Assembly: GCA_964368755.1 (NCBI GenBank)
Contig: CAYJCR010000010.1
Span: forward strand, 1-25,229
Direction: 5' to 3'
From: an uncultured Lachnospiraceae bacterium
Lineage (GTDB): Bacteria; Bacillota; Clostridia; Christensenellales; UBA1242
DNA length: 25,229 bases
A model generated the notes under the pieces. It did not search any database. It was given only the letters and a program-made list of their open reading frames with translations, and was not told the origin of the DNA. Below, piece after piece: positions 1 to 7,848 of this stretch (positions within the stretch are counted from its first letter, which is position 1; each line of letters begins with the position of its first letter). The translations under genes and the position numbers were made by a program.

Positions 1-72
1 ATTTTGTATTAACATTATACCACCATATTGATACATTTGTTAACCATAATTATAATAAAAATAACACTAATT

Positions 73-105
73 AATAAAAAATAACCAGCATATATGTTGG
101 TTATT
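73..105 (-). terminator. Rho-independent terminator downstream of the 209-aa orphan ORF
   Basis: Plus-strand AATAACCAGC (80-89) and GTTGGTTATT (96-105) form a 10-bp stem (one G:U) with a 6-nt loop. On the minus strand the hairpin is followed by TTTTTATTAA. Confidence 0.6.
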
Positions 106-131
106 ATTCCTATAAAATTACTAATACTATA

Positions 132-761
132 TTATTCCGTTGGGGCATCATATAATGCCGAAATAATCGAATATTTTGACGGATCCTCATCAACAGGAGT
201 TTGCGCCTCGGTTGGTAAGAATTGATCAAATATCTCATCTTTTGCTTGGATAAGCATAGTATTTTGATTAACCAAATTGTTATATTCATCTATCAATCCT
301 CTTTCTTGGACCGAATAAACAAATCTTTTATCATCTGTAGTTTTCTTTAATTCGCAGATTTCATCAAGTTGCATTGATCTAGCTAATACTTCTTTGCATT
401 GAGTAGTAATTATTTCATCAACTAATTCGTTTGCTTTCACAATCACATCTCTTGGGCAGGTATTCAAAAAGCTCACAACTGCTACAAATGTTTCATTTGC
501 CTTAATGTATGATTCATCTCTTTCTTCTTCGGCATATGTTGATTTGTTTATATACTTATTACATTCTACGCAATATTTGTAAGAATCTTCCGGTATCGTG
601 GAGAGATCTTTTTTTATCCCATAATACACAGCTAGGTTTTTGGCATTAATGACTTTCTTTTCTGCCATATCAATCATAAGCAAAGCTTGAGCATATTCGT
701 TCACTTTTGCGACTATTAAACTTGGAGTCACTTCCCCTATATTTTCATCTGCTTTATCCAT
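132..761 (-). CDS. Hypothetical protein, 209 aa, no recognisable domain
   Basis: ORF track. ATG is preceded by GGGAGAG. The gene has its own sigmaA-like promoter and terminator, so it looks monocistronic. I recognise no catalytic or family motif. The C-terminus is acidic. Confidence 0.6.
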   Translation of the reverse strand: MDKADENIGEVTPSLIVAKVNEYAQALLMIDMAEKKVINAKNLAVYYGIKKDLSTIPEDSYKYCVECNKYINKSTYAEEERDESYIKANETFVAVVSFLNTCPRDVIVKANELVDEIITTQCKEVLARSMQLDEICELKKTTDDKRFVYSVQERGLIDEYNNLVNQNTMLIQAKDEIFDQFLPTEAQTPVDEDPSKYSIISALYDAPTE

Positions 762-795
762 AATTATTGTTCTCTCCCAATATTAATATAGTTAT

Positions 796-823
796 ATTAT
801 ACACTATATCCATGTTTTGTCAA
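796..823 (-). promoter_or_regulatory. SigmaA-type promoter for the 209-aa ORF
   Basis: Minus strand has TTGACA (plus 818-823), a 16-nt spacer, then TATAAT (plus 796-801). It lies about 35 nt upstream of the ATG at 761. Confidence 0.55.
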
Positions 824-828
824 GATAC

Positions 829-857
829 AAAAAAACTAACCAAAATGTTGGTTAGTT
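829..857 (-). terminator. Rho-independent terminator after the SDR gene
   Basis: AACTAACCAA (834-843) pairs with TTGGTTAGTT (848-857) around a 4-nt loop. The plus A-run 829-835 gives a U-tract on the minus-strand transcript. Confidence 0.65.
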
Positions 858-890
858 CTATAATACTAATTCTATTGGAGGGCAAATCAA

Positions 891-1628
891 TTAGCCAAGG
901 TATCCGCCATCAATACGATATATCTCACCTGTAATATAATCTGCTTTGTCAGAGCACAAGAAATATACTAACTCAGCAACATCATTTGGCTCACCAATAC
1001 GCTTAATCAATATATTATTTGCCTCTTCTTGAAGAAACTCTTTTGGCAAATCTTTGCATTGATCAGTCCTTATCCAACCAGGAGCGACAGCATTAACATT
1101 GATAGCTGGAGCAAGCTCAACAGCCATACACCTAGTAAGAATATTCACTCCTGCTTTTGATACATCATAGTCTGCTGTGACTGGGTCAAAGCATTGAAAT
1201 GAGTTGTTAGATGATACATTCACTATCTTGCCCTTGCCATTTTTGAGCATATATGGAGAAGCATATTTCGTTGTCAAGAACATACTAAGTAAGTTCGTCT
1301 TGAACATTATCTCGAAGTCTTCGCTAGTTTTGTCAAATAATTCTTTTGTATTATATATCCCTGCATTATTGACCAACACATCTATTCTGCCAAATGTCTT
1401 GATTGTTGTCTCAATAAGGTTAATTATTTCATTTTCTATACACACATCGGCTTTGACAGCAATGGTTTTGACTTTGTACTTTGATTCAATAGATTTCTTG
1501 AGAGTCTCAGCTTTTGCTTTGCTGTTGTTATAGTTGATAACTATATTATAACCGTTCTCAGCGAATTTGATTGCAATAGCTTTACCAATGCCACGACTAG
1601 ATCCAGTAATAATAGCTACTTTGTTCAT
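891..1628 (-). CDS. Short-chain dehydrogenase/reductase (classical SDR, FabG-like 3-oxoacyl reductase family)
   Basis: N-terminal TGSSRGIG (TGxxxGxG Rossmann motif), NNAG, and catalytic YDVSKAG (YxxxK). Length is 245 aa. AAGGAG RBS precedes the ATG. Confidence 0.85.
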   Translation of the reverse strand: MNKVAIITGSSRGIGKAIAIKFAENGYNIVINYNNSKAKAETLKKSIESKYKVKTIAVKADVCIENEIINLIETTIKTFGRIDVLVNNAGIYNTKELFDKTSEDFEIMFKTNLLSMFLTTKYASPYMLKNGKGKIVNVSSNNSFQCFDPVTADYDVSKAGVNILTRCMAVELAPAINVNAVAPGWIRTDQCKDLPKEFLQEEANNILIKRIGEPNDVAELVYFLCSDKADYITGEIYRIDGGYLG

Positions 1629-1640
1629 GATATCACTCCT

Positions 1641-2345
1641 TTAGTCAATATCTAATTGACAAGACAAATAGTATGTATTGATAACAAGTTTGAGAATCTC
1701 ATCTGCAATCTCATCTTTTGTTTTTATCCTATCTCCATCAACGCATTTGATTGTATCATAATAATACTTATTTGCTAGTTTGATATATGTCTTTTCTGCC
1801 ATTTTGAGATGTTCAGGACTTCTCTCGTGACCGTCTGGTTTCTCTTCTCTGCCCTGTTTTAATCTACACGCAGCTTCATATGGCATATGGAGAAAAACGG
1901 TCTTGTCAGGTCTTGGAAGCCCAAGGAAACCATATTCTAGTTTGTCGAGCCAGTTGATCATTTCATTCTGTTCTATATCATCATTTAACTTGCCGGCCTG
2001 ATGTGCCATATTACTATCAACATATCTATCTAGTATAACATTATACCCTTTATCGAGTTTTTCAAACACCTTGTGTATATTGTATATTCTATCAGCTGAG
2101 TAGTACAAAGCAGCAACTTTTGGTGATACATTTGTAGCTCCTTCAGGAAAATATGAATCGCATATATAACTTTTGCCAAGATATGGACCACCTACAATTT
2201 TTCCAGTAGGAGAATCATACATTGGGAATTGCATTTCAACAGTCTTGATCCCCATTTCGTTCAAAGCATTGTATAATCTGTTTGCTTGTGTTTCTTTGCC
2301 AGAACAATCTGTGCCTTCTATAACTATAAGTTTTCCTCTTTCCAT
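1641..2345 (-). CDS. tmk: Thymidylate (dTMP) kinase
   Basis: LIVIEGTDCSGKETQ P-loop at the N-terminus and DRYVDSNMAHQ (DRY..S..AYQ-type motif). Length 234 aa. GAGGA RBS. Confidence 0.75.
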   Translation of the reverse strand: MERGKLIVIEGTDCSGKETQANRLYNALNEMGIKTVEMQFPMYDSPTGKIVGGPYLGKSYICDSYFPEGATNVSPKVAALYYSADRIYNIHKVFEKLDKGYNVILDRYVDSNMAHQAGKLNDDIEQNEMINWLDKLEYGFLGLPRPDKTVFLHMPYEAACRLKQGREEKPDGHERSPEHLKMAEKTYIKLANKYYYDTIKCVDGDRIKTKDEIADEILKLVINTYYLSCQLDID

Positions 2346-2393
2346 ACATTCCTCTATTATAAGTATATAAATATTGAACTAAACAAGAATTAA

Positions 2394-3119
2394 CTAAATA
2401 AGAGTTGTTACAATAACAACAATTGGAGCACTTATAACGATAAGTAGTGCAAGTACAAACATTATTATTGATGGGATGCGGATCCCTTTGACTGGAGATT
2501 TCATTGAATGGCCAAAGAATACTGCTGCAAGTATACCAAAAGTAAACATTGGCACTACCGTTACAGCTAACAATATGAGTATTATCATCATTGGTAACAC
2601 AAAGAATGCCAACCAGCCTGGTTTGCTAAACTCTGAGAAAGTCTGCATAAATGTTGGCATTGAATAATATGTTGCAATAGTGAATCCAACACAAAGAACA
2701 AGGAATATACAAGCAAGAGTAAATGAGAACCATCTACTTCTTACTTTTTTCTTCTTTACAGCAACCATTGGAGTTGTACCTTCAATAGGAACAGCAGATT
2801 CGATCTGTTTTGATTCAATAACTTGTCCTGTCTTCCTATCAATCGCATTGTGTGATACTGTCGTTGTCTCTGAATGGACTTCGCCAGTCTTGTCATCTTT
2901 GACCAATACTTGTTGGAATCTTGGTGATATTGTAACTTTCTTCTTCACAGGTTCTGCTGGTTGAGTATTAACTTCAACCTTTGCTCCATCAACCCCCAAC
3001 TCTTCCTTCAACTCTACACTTGTGCTAGCCGATACAAATTGGCTTGGATCAAGTGCGTAATCCTCTATTGGGCGACTTTCGTTCTTTACCTCAGGAACAT
3101 TCTTATCATTCTTTTTCAT
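2394..3119 (-). CDS. Hypothetical membrane protein: ~130-aa K/E/T/V-rich soluble N-terminal region plus about 4 C-terminal TM helices
   Basis: I trimmed the ORF-track ORF to the internal ATG at 3119, which is preceded by GTAGGAGGTAGT. The C-terminal half has four long hydrophobic stretches. No family motif recognised. Confidence 0.6.
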   Translation of the reverse strand: MKKNDKNVPEVKNESRPIEDYALDPSQFVSASTSVELKEELGVDGAKVEVNTQPAEPVKKKVTISPRFQQVLVKDDKTGEVHSETTTVSHNAIDRKTGQVIESKQIESAVPIEGTTPMVAVKKKKVRSRWFSFTLACIFLVLCVGFTIATYYSMPTFMQTFSEFSKPGWLAFFVLPMMIILILLAVTVVPMFTFGILAAVFFGHSMKSPVKGIRIPSIIMFVLALLIVISAPIVVIVTTLI

Positions 3120-3213
3120 ACTACCTCCTACAATTCTTTGATAGTCTATCACAAATGCTTATAATATCAAAAGCAAATCCATTGCAATATTTATTTTTGT
3201 ATAATTTGTCACA

Positions 3214-5226
3214 TTATTCTACAAGTTGACTTGGGTGCTTTTTGAAGAAATCAACTCTTGGTTCCAAGAAAGTTGGCTTGTAGTTCTCCTTATCTTTGAC
3301 AAAATCATATATTGGGCTATCAATATTGTCCCAACAAAATACCTTATCATCGACTTTGAGGAACTTGGCTAAGTTCTCTACACCGGTTGGGGCAATGGGA
3401 TGAAGCAATACCATTGCTACTTTGATCATATGCATTGTATCGATTATATATTGTCTTTGTTTAGCACTACCGGCTGTTGTATTCTCGCTATTTCGTACCC
3501 AATATTTGTTGATATTTCTAATGAAACTATCAAGGGTACTCATAACTACATGCAACTTCTCATCATATACAAATCTTTCATATTTAACAATAGTCTCAAC
3601 GCAGTCTTTCCTTACTTGCTCTGATACTGTTCCATAAGGCACTACTCCGTCACAATCTCTCTGAATTGTATATAGAATAGTACGAATAATCTTGTTATAC
3701 ACATTTGTAAGTAGATTGCCTTCTTTGAGTACAATATCTGCATCATCGTTACACTCTATGCTGTCTGGACAAAAGGCTTTTGGCATAAATGAGGCGTTGT
3801 TATTACCAACATTAAGACTAAGCATATGACAACGTAATTGCTCGTATGTATAGAAATTAAGCAATTCATGTGCAAGTGGTGGCTTGATATCTGAGCTACT
3901 ACTTGCCTTCCTTCCATAGAATAATGTATGTTTGTTGGCTATCATCTGTGGAATACTGAGATCTCCATCTTTGTATGGGAGTTGTGGATGTTTGCCTTGC
4001 AAAGCGAACCATATGGCTGTCTGAGCGGGACCATAGAAATAAATATTGTCCTCCCCAATGAACTGATATACTTTGGCATCTTGACTACACCAATACTTAC
4101 GCCATTCGTTAGCATCTTTGCCAATTTTTGCCAAATACGTTTTTGTGAATGATATTGGTGCCCAAAGACTCTCTGGCCATACCCAGAAAGTTAGACCTTT
4201 TAACCCACCAGCATCAGGCGCAGGTACACCCCACTCAATATTGCCAGTAAGTCTAAATGGTACTAGCGTCTTACCAGTACGATATCTAACCCCGCCGTTA
4301 GAAAGCAATTCGCAAGCCTTCTCTCTATCAGTAAGCTTCTCGAACACAATAGTCATAGAACTCTTATTATTAGTCTCTTTCTCAATGTATTTTGGCAAAG
4401 AGTTCTTAACTGTGTCGAACGCTTCCATCTGATCACGTTTGATATATATCTCTGGCTTCTTAAGGAACTCTCTTATCTCCTTGGTTATATAACTACGAGT
4501 AGGAGTCTCCTTCTCTAGATAATCAATCCATTCTGTCAAAAGCTCTACATAATCTTGTAGATTAAAATACCAGTTGCCAATGCTCTTGAGGATAGGCTTC
4601 TTCCCGGACAAGGAACTAATCGGATCGATAAGTTCTTGTGGCATATACTGGTGTCCAAAGTCACATTCGTCAGCGTATGCACGTTCTGATTGACAATTCT
4701 CAAATGGACATTTGCCAACAACTTGCCTACCGTTAAGGAAAGTCTGTTTTTCTTCATCAAAAAACTGCAAAGTTGACATATTGCTAAGAGCATTGTTGTC
4801 CATAAGGGTATTGAATATCTCGGCGCTAAGTTTCTTATGAGTCTCCTTTGCTTCCCCAAAGGCAGATGCTCCATAGAAGTTGAATGAGATATCATAATCT
4901 TTGATAGCCTTGTATTGTTTGTCATAATTTGACATAACATAATCTTCAATTGTACCAGAGAAAGTCCCCTTCTCGACAGCCTTACGATAGCCTTCGAGTA
5001 TTGGTGACCCATAACAATCAATCCCTGATACATATACAACGTTGTCTTTGCCAATCCTGTCTCGCAAAAAACGTGCATACATATCAGAATGTATCATCGT
5101 ACTTATATGTCCACAATGTAGTGGCTTGTTGCCATATGGCATACCAGCCGTAACCACAGCTTTTTTAGGGAAAATTGGACGCTTGTCAACAAGCCTATCC
5201 AATCTCTCATCATTAAATCTTTCCAT
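3214..5226 (-). CDS. metG: Methionine--tRNA ligase (class I aaRS, MetRS family) lacking a C-terminal tRNA-binding appendix
   Basis: [12 protein letters not shown] (HIGH-type motif HCGH). Zinc-knuckle region [24 protein letters not shown] aligns with E. coli [39 protein letters not shown] aligns with VWLDAPIGY/HFIGKDIVYFH. The KMSKS position reads KASSS. GAAGGA RBS. Confidence 0.8.
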   Translation of the reverse strand: [670 protein letters not shown]

Positions 5227-5316
5227 AAATTATCCTTCAATTATTAATAAAAATTTGTATATACAGTATACAAAATTTGCCTAAGACTTGTCTATCAAAT
5301 AGACAATACCCATAGA

Positions 5317-5357
5317 CAAAAAAAACAACCAATCACAATAATTTGTTGAATGGTTGT
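5317..5357 (-). terminator. Probable terminator after rpmB
   Basis: ACAACCA (5325-5331) pairs with TGGTTGT (5351-5357), with a partly paired 19-nt interior. The plus A-run 5318-5325 gives a U-tract on the minus-strand RNA. The stem is short, so confidence is moderate. Confidence 0.45.
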
Positions 5358-5390
5358 TGTATGCGATATTAGTTATAAAAAAACTTGCAC

Positions 5391-5582
5391 TTAGTCCTTA
5401 TTAAGTGTTTTCAAACATTTTGTACAAACATGTTTCTTAGTAGGAACTCCATCAACCATTATTGTAGTTTTTTGAACATTTGGTTGCTGGTGAATAAGAG
5501 TTCTCTTTGTAAGCTGAGAGCTTCTGTAACTAAGCTTGCTTGCTCTATGATTAACTTTCCCGCAGATTTCGCATTTAGCCAT
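5391..5582 (-). CDS. rpmB: 50S ribosomal protein L28
   Basis: MAKCEICGKVNHRASKLSYRSSQLTKRTLIHQQPNVQK... is typical L28. I trimmed the ORF-track ORF to the internal ATG at 5582, which has a GGAGA RBS 8 nt upstream. Product is 63 aa. Confidence 0.9.
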   Translation of the reverse strand: MAKCEICGKVNHRASKLSYRSSQLTKRTLIHQQPNVQKTTIMVDGVPTKKHVCTKCLKTLNKD

Positions 5583-5610
5583 GATCAATATCTCCTTTCC
5601 AATGCTTCTC

Positions 5611-5638
5611 ATTATACCAACAATGAATAATTTGTCAA
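5611..5638 (-). promoter_or_regulatory. SigmaA-type promoter for rpmB
   Basis: Minus strand has TTGACA (plus 5633-5638), a 16-nt spacer, then TATAAT (plus 5611-5616). Confidence 0.55.
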
Positions 5639-5769
5639 GTATTTTTGTCAAATATTAGACAAAATATATCAGTTATTATTATATCATACAATTGTATCAA
5701 TTCTGCCACACTACTTATGCCTAGCCAATACAATATAAACTCTCTATAATGTATTATGAATAATAGAAG

Positions 5770-6315
5770 TTATATCAACTTTAGCAATTCTTCAAATTGA
5801 GCATATCCGCTATCAGTGTTGAAGTGTCCTGCATTTTTGACCAAAATCGGTTTGGCATCTATTTTTATTATAAACTCTTTTAATTTATTTAATGGAACGT
5901 ACGGGTCATTCTCAGAATAGTAGCATATTCTCTCTTTGCATAGATTTTTGAACTCTTCTATTCTATTGGTATACATTGTGCAATTGACATAATCGTATTC
6001 TTCGTTAAGCCCAAGCATTTGATTGAAGCCAGACATCATTATAGCCTTACCGATTTTTAGATTATGCTTAATGCAATATTTCACCAAAAAAATGCAAGAG
6101 ATTGATCGACAGATAAACACACTATCAGGAGTAATATATCGTCTTACAGAGTCAAGTACAATCTCCCAGTTGTTGTAATTCTGTCTGTCAATACCAGTAG
6201 GATAGTCTAGATTATAGACACGTACCCCCCCCCGCTCAAGTTCTGATTCTAGCCAAGGTAACCATTGTTCATTCGCATCACCGAAACTTCCATGTATGAT
6301 AAAACAATTTTTCAT
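5770..6315 (-). CDS. Alpha/beta hydrolase, YdeN/RBBP9-like serine hydrolase family
   Basis: IIHGSFGDANEQWLPWLESELE, SENDPYVP and NAGHFN match the family pattern (HG..G....W.PWL; NDxxVP; GHF). The nucleophile region is CRSIS. The start is moved to ATG 6315, which has a GGAG RBS; the ORF-track start at 6321 is TTG. Confidence 0.7.
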   Translation of the reverse strand: MKNCFIIHGSFGDANEQWLPWLESELERGGVRVYNLDYPTGIDRQNYNNWEIVLDSVRRYITPDSVFICRSISCIFLVKYCIKHNLKIGKAIMMSGFNQMLGLNEEYDYVNCTMYTNRIEEFKNLCKERICYYSENDPYVPLNKLKEFIIKIDAKPILVKNAGHFNTDSGYAQFEELLKLI

Positions 6316-6334
6316 CGTCAAATCTCCTTTTTTT

Positions 6335-7081
6335 TTATTTCAAGATGTTAACATCATTTTCACAGTTGCGTATTGGTTGCATTTCCCCATTATTTAATAA
6401 ATAACAATTGCCATAATATGTTACATCATTTTCTTGTTGAATTATATAACTTCTATCAGGTAGAATAGTTAATGGTGTCGTGTAAGAGTCAGGTATCAAT
6501 ATATCTTCTAAGATTCTCGCACCATCTAATGTTTTATCTTTATAAAAATTATAGTGTGGTATAATATTAATGTCAGTTAACCCTAAACCTTTTAAGTGTC
6601 TATTAAAAGATTTATTAGCAAATTCACCAACTTCCTCTGGCATACAATAAACATTGTCTGCCATATTCATTGCTCCACCACTTGCACCGATGATTACTCC
6701 ATTATAATCTCTGATTAACTTTTTAAGATTTAATTCGTTTATAAATGCATTACACCTTGGCAAATGACCTCCGAATAAATTTATAACAGTTGCTTTTTTA
6801 ATATATTCCTTAATATTCTGTTTGTTTTCATTATTTACATAAATATATTCATCAAACGGTATACCAGACATTTCAAAACTTTGTCTTGTAACTTCGGTAG
6901 GATCGCCATGGTGTCGTTTTTGAGGATTGCCAGAAATAATAACCATACATTTTCTATCATTAAAACACTTTTTCAAATTATCTAAAAAATTATTATCGTT
7001 ATCGATTTTTCTTGCATAATCAATACCATTTTCATCCCTTTTATAAGCAGTGAAACTAGATGACATTATTAATGTTTTCAT
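6335..7081 (-). CDS. Peptidase S51 (peptidase E)-like / type 1 glutamine amidotransferase-like protein
   Basis: NLFGGH...IIGASGGAMNM resembles the S51 GGN...G.SAGA nucleophile elbow. Length 248 aa. AGGAGAAAGG RBS. The assignment rests on motif resemblance only. Confidence 0.55.
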   Translation of the reverse strand: MKTLIMSSSFTAYKRDENGIDYARKIDNDNNFLDNLKKCFNDRKCMVIISGNPQKRHHGDPTEVTRQSFEMSGIPFDEYIYVNNENKQNIKEYIKKATVINLFGGHLPRCNAFINELNLKKLIRDYNGVIIGASGGAMNMADNVYCMPEEVGEFANKSFNRHLKGLGLTDINIIPHYNFYKDKTLDGARILEDILIPDSYTTPLTILPDRSYIIQQENDVTYYGNCYLLNNGEMQPIRNCENDVNILK

Positions 7082-7130
7082 TTAAAACCTTTCTCCTGTT
7101 GTCGCAGTAACGATATCTCCCCAGATATAA

Positions 7131-7732
7131 TCAGAGAATAAGTTCCAACTTTCCTAGATTAAAACCTGTTTTTGCTTGATACTCTGCTTTTAGCTGGTCA
7201 AAACTTTTGCCAGTACTTTTCATAACATCGCCAAAAAAGTCTTTGAGTCTACGATTGCCAAAAGTTTCGCTTGGAGCAATTGTCTTAGTCAATTCAACAA
7301 TCGACGCCTCAGGACCTTCTATCTCAACCATACAGCCAATTATTGGCCATTCATCAAAAGTAACTTGGATACTGTCTTTTGTGTATACAATGCGTTCTTT
7401 TTTATACTGAAAACACATTGGATATCCAAGTGCTGTCAAAAAGTCTGATATATCCTCTTCCGAAGCATCACTTACAGAAATGTTAAGTTCAGTACGTTTT
7501 GATACTTTTTCTGAAGAAAGCAAACTACCCTTGTATGTCAATTCTTTGCTCTCTCCTTCAAGACGAAGACGGATCTTGCACCCACTTCTAAATAACGAGG
7601 CATCTTCTTTGTCAAAAATTATGTCTTGCTGTATAACTTTCTTTTTGAACAAAAGCCCTGAGCAATAAGTGCGTCAATAATATTATTCTTTTTGTGTGAA
7701 GATACAACTGTTCGAATCTCTATCTCTTGCAT
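7131..7732 (-). pseudogene. CYTH-domain protein (CyaB-like class IV adenylate cyclase / triphosphate tunnel metalloenzyme) interrupted by a frameshift
   Basis: A 37-codon ORF (7619-7732) reads MQEIEIRTVVSSHKKNNIIDALIAQGF..., carries the CYTH ExExK/R signature and has an AAGGGGA RBS. It overlaps the 173-aa ORF 7131-7652, which has a TTG pseudo-start and contains the rest of the domain (..IIFDKEDASLFRSGCKIRLR..). Adding one T to the TTTT run (plus A-run 7651-7654) fuses the two into ...AQGFLFKKKVIQQDIIFD... Confidence 0.7.
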
Positions 7733-7754
7733 ATCGTTCCCCTTGATATCTATA

Positions 7755-7830
7755 TGGAGCTAATGGCGAGAATCGAACTCGCGACCTGCTGATTACGAAT
7801 CAGCTGCTCTACCGACTGAGCCACATTAGC
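7755..7830 (-). tRNA. tRNA-Thr (anticodon CGT), CCA encoded
   Basis: Folded by hand: acceptor GCTAATG/CATTAGC, D-stem GCTC/GAGC, anticodon stem GCTGA/TCAGC with loop TTCGTAA, T-arm GCGAG-TTCGATT-CTCGC, discriminator T plus CCA. Total 76 nt. Confidence 0.9.
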
Positions 7831-7848
7831 AGATGTATTACATTCGCT

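Noticed and set aside
4545-5078. 177-aa same-strand alternative-frame ORF within metG
   Set aside because: It is fully embedded in the conserved MetRS catalytic domain. It has no RBS, and its translation shows no motif. A stop-free alternate frame of this length can occur by chance.
5227-5390. Possible T-box or riboswitch leader upstream of metG
   Set aside because: The space between the rpmB terminator and the metG ATG is only about 90 nt. That is too short for a T-box, and no specifier or antiterminator architecture or T-box consensus is visible.
5583-5651. N-terminal extension of the L28 ORF (MTKILDKLFIVGIMRSIGKEILI...)
   Set aside because: L28 proteins start at MAKC.... The extension covers the RBS and the -10 box of the rpmB promoter.
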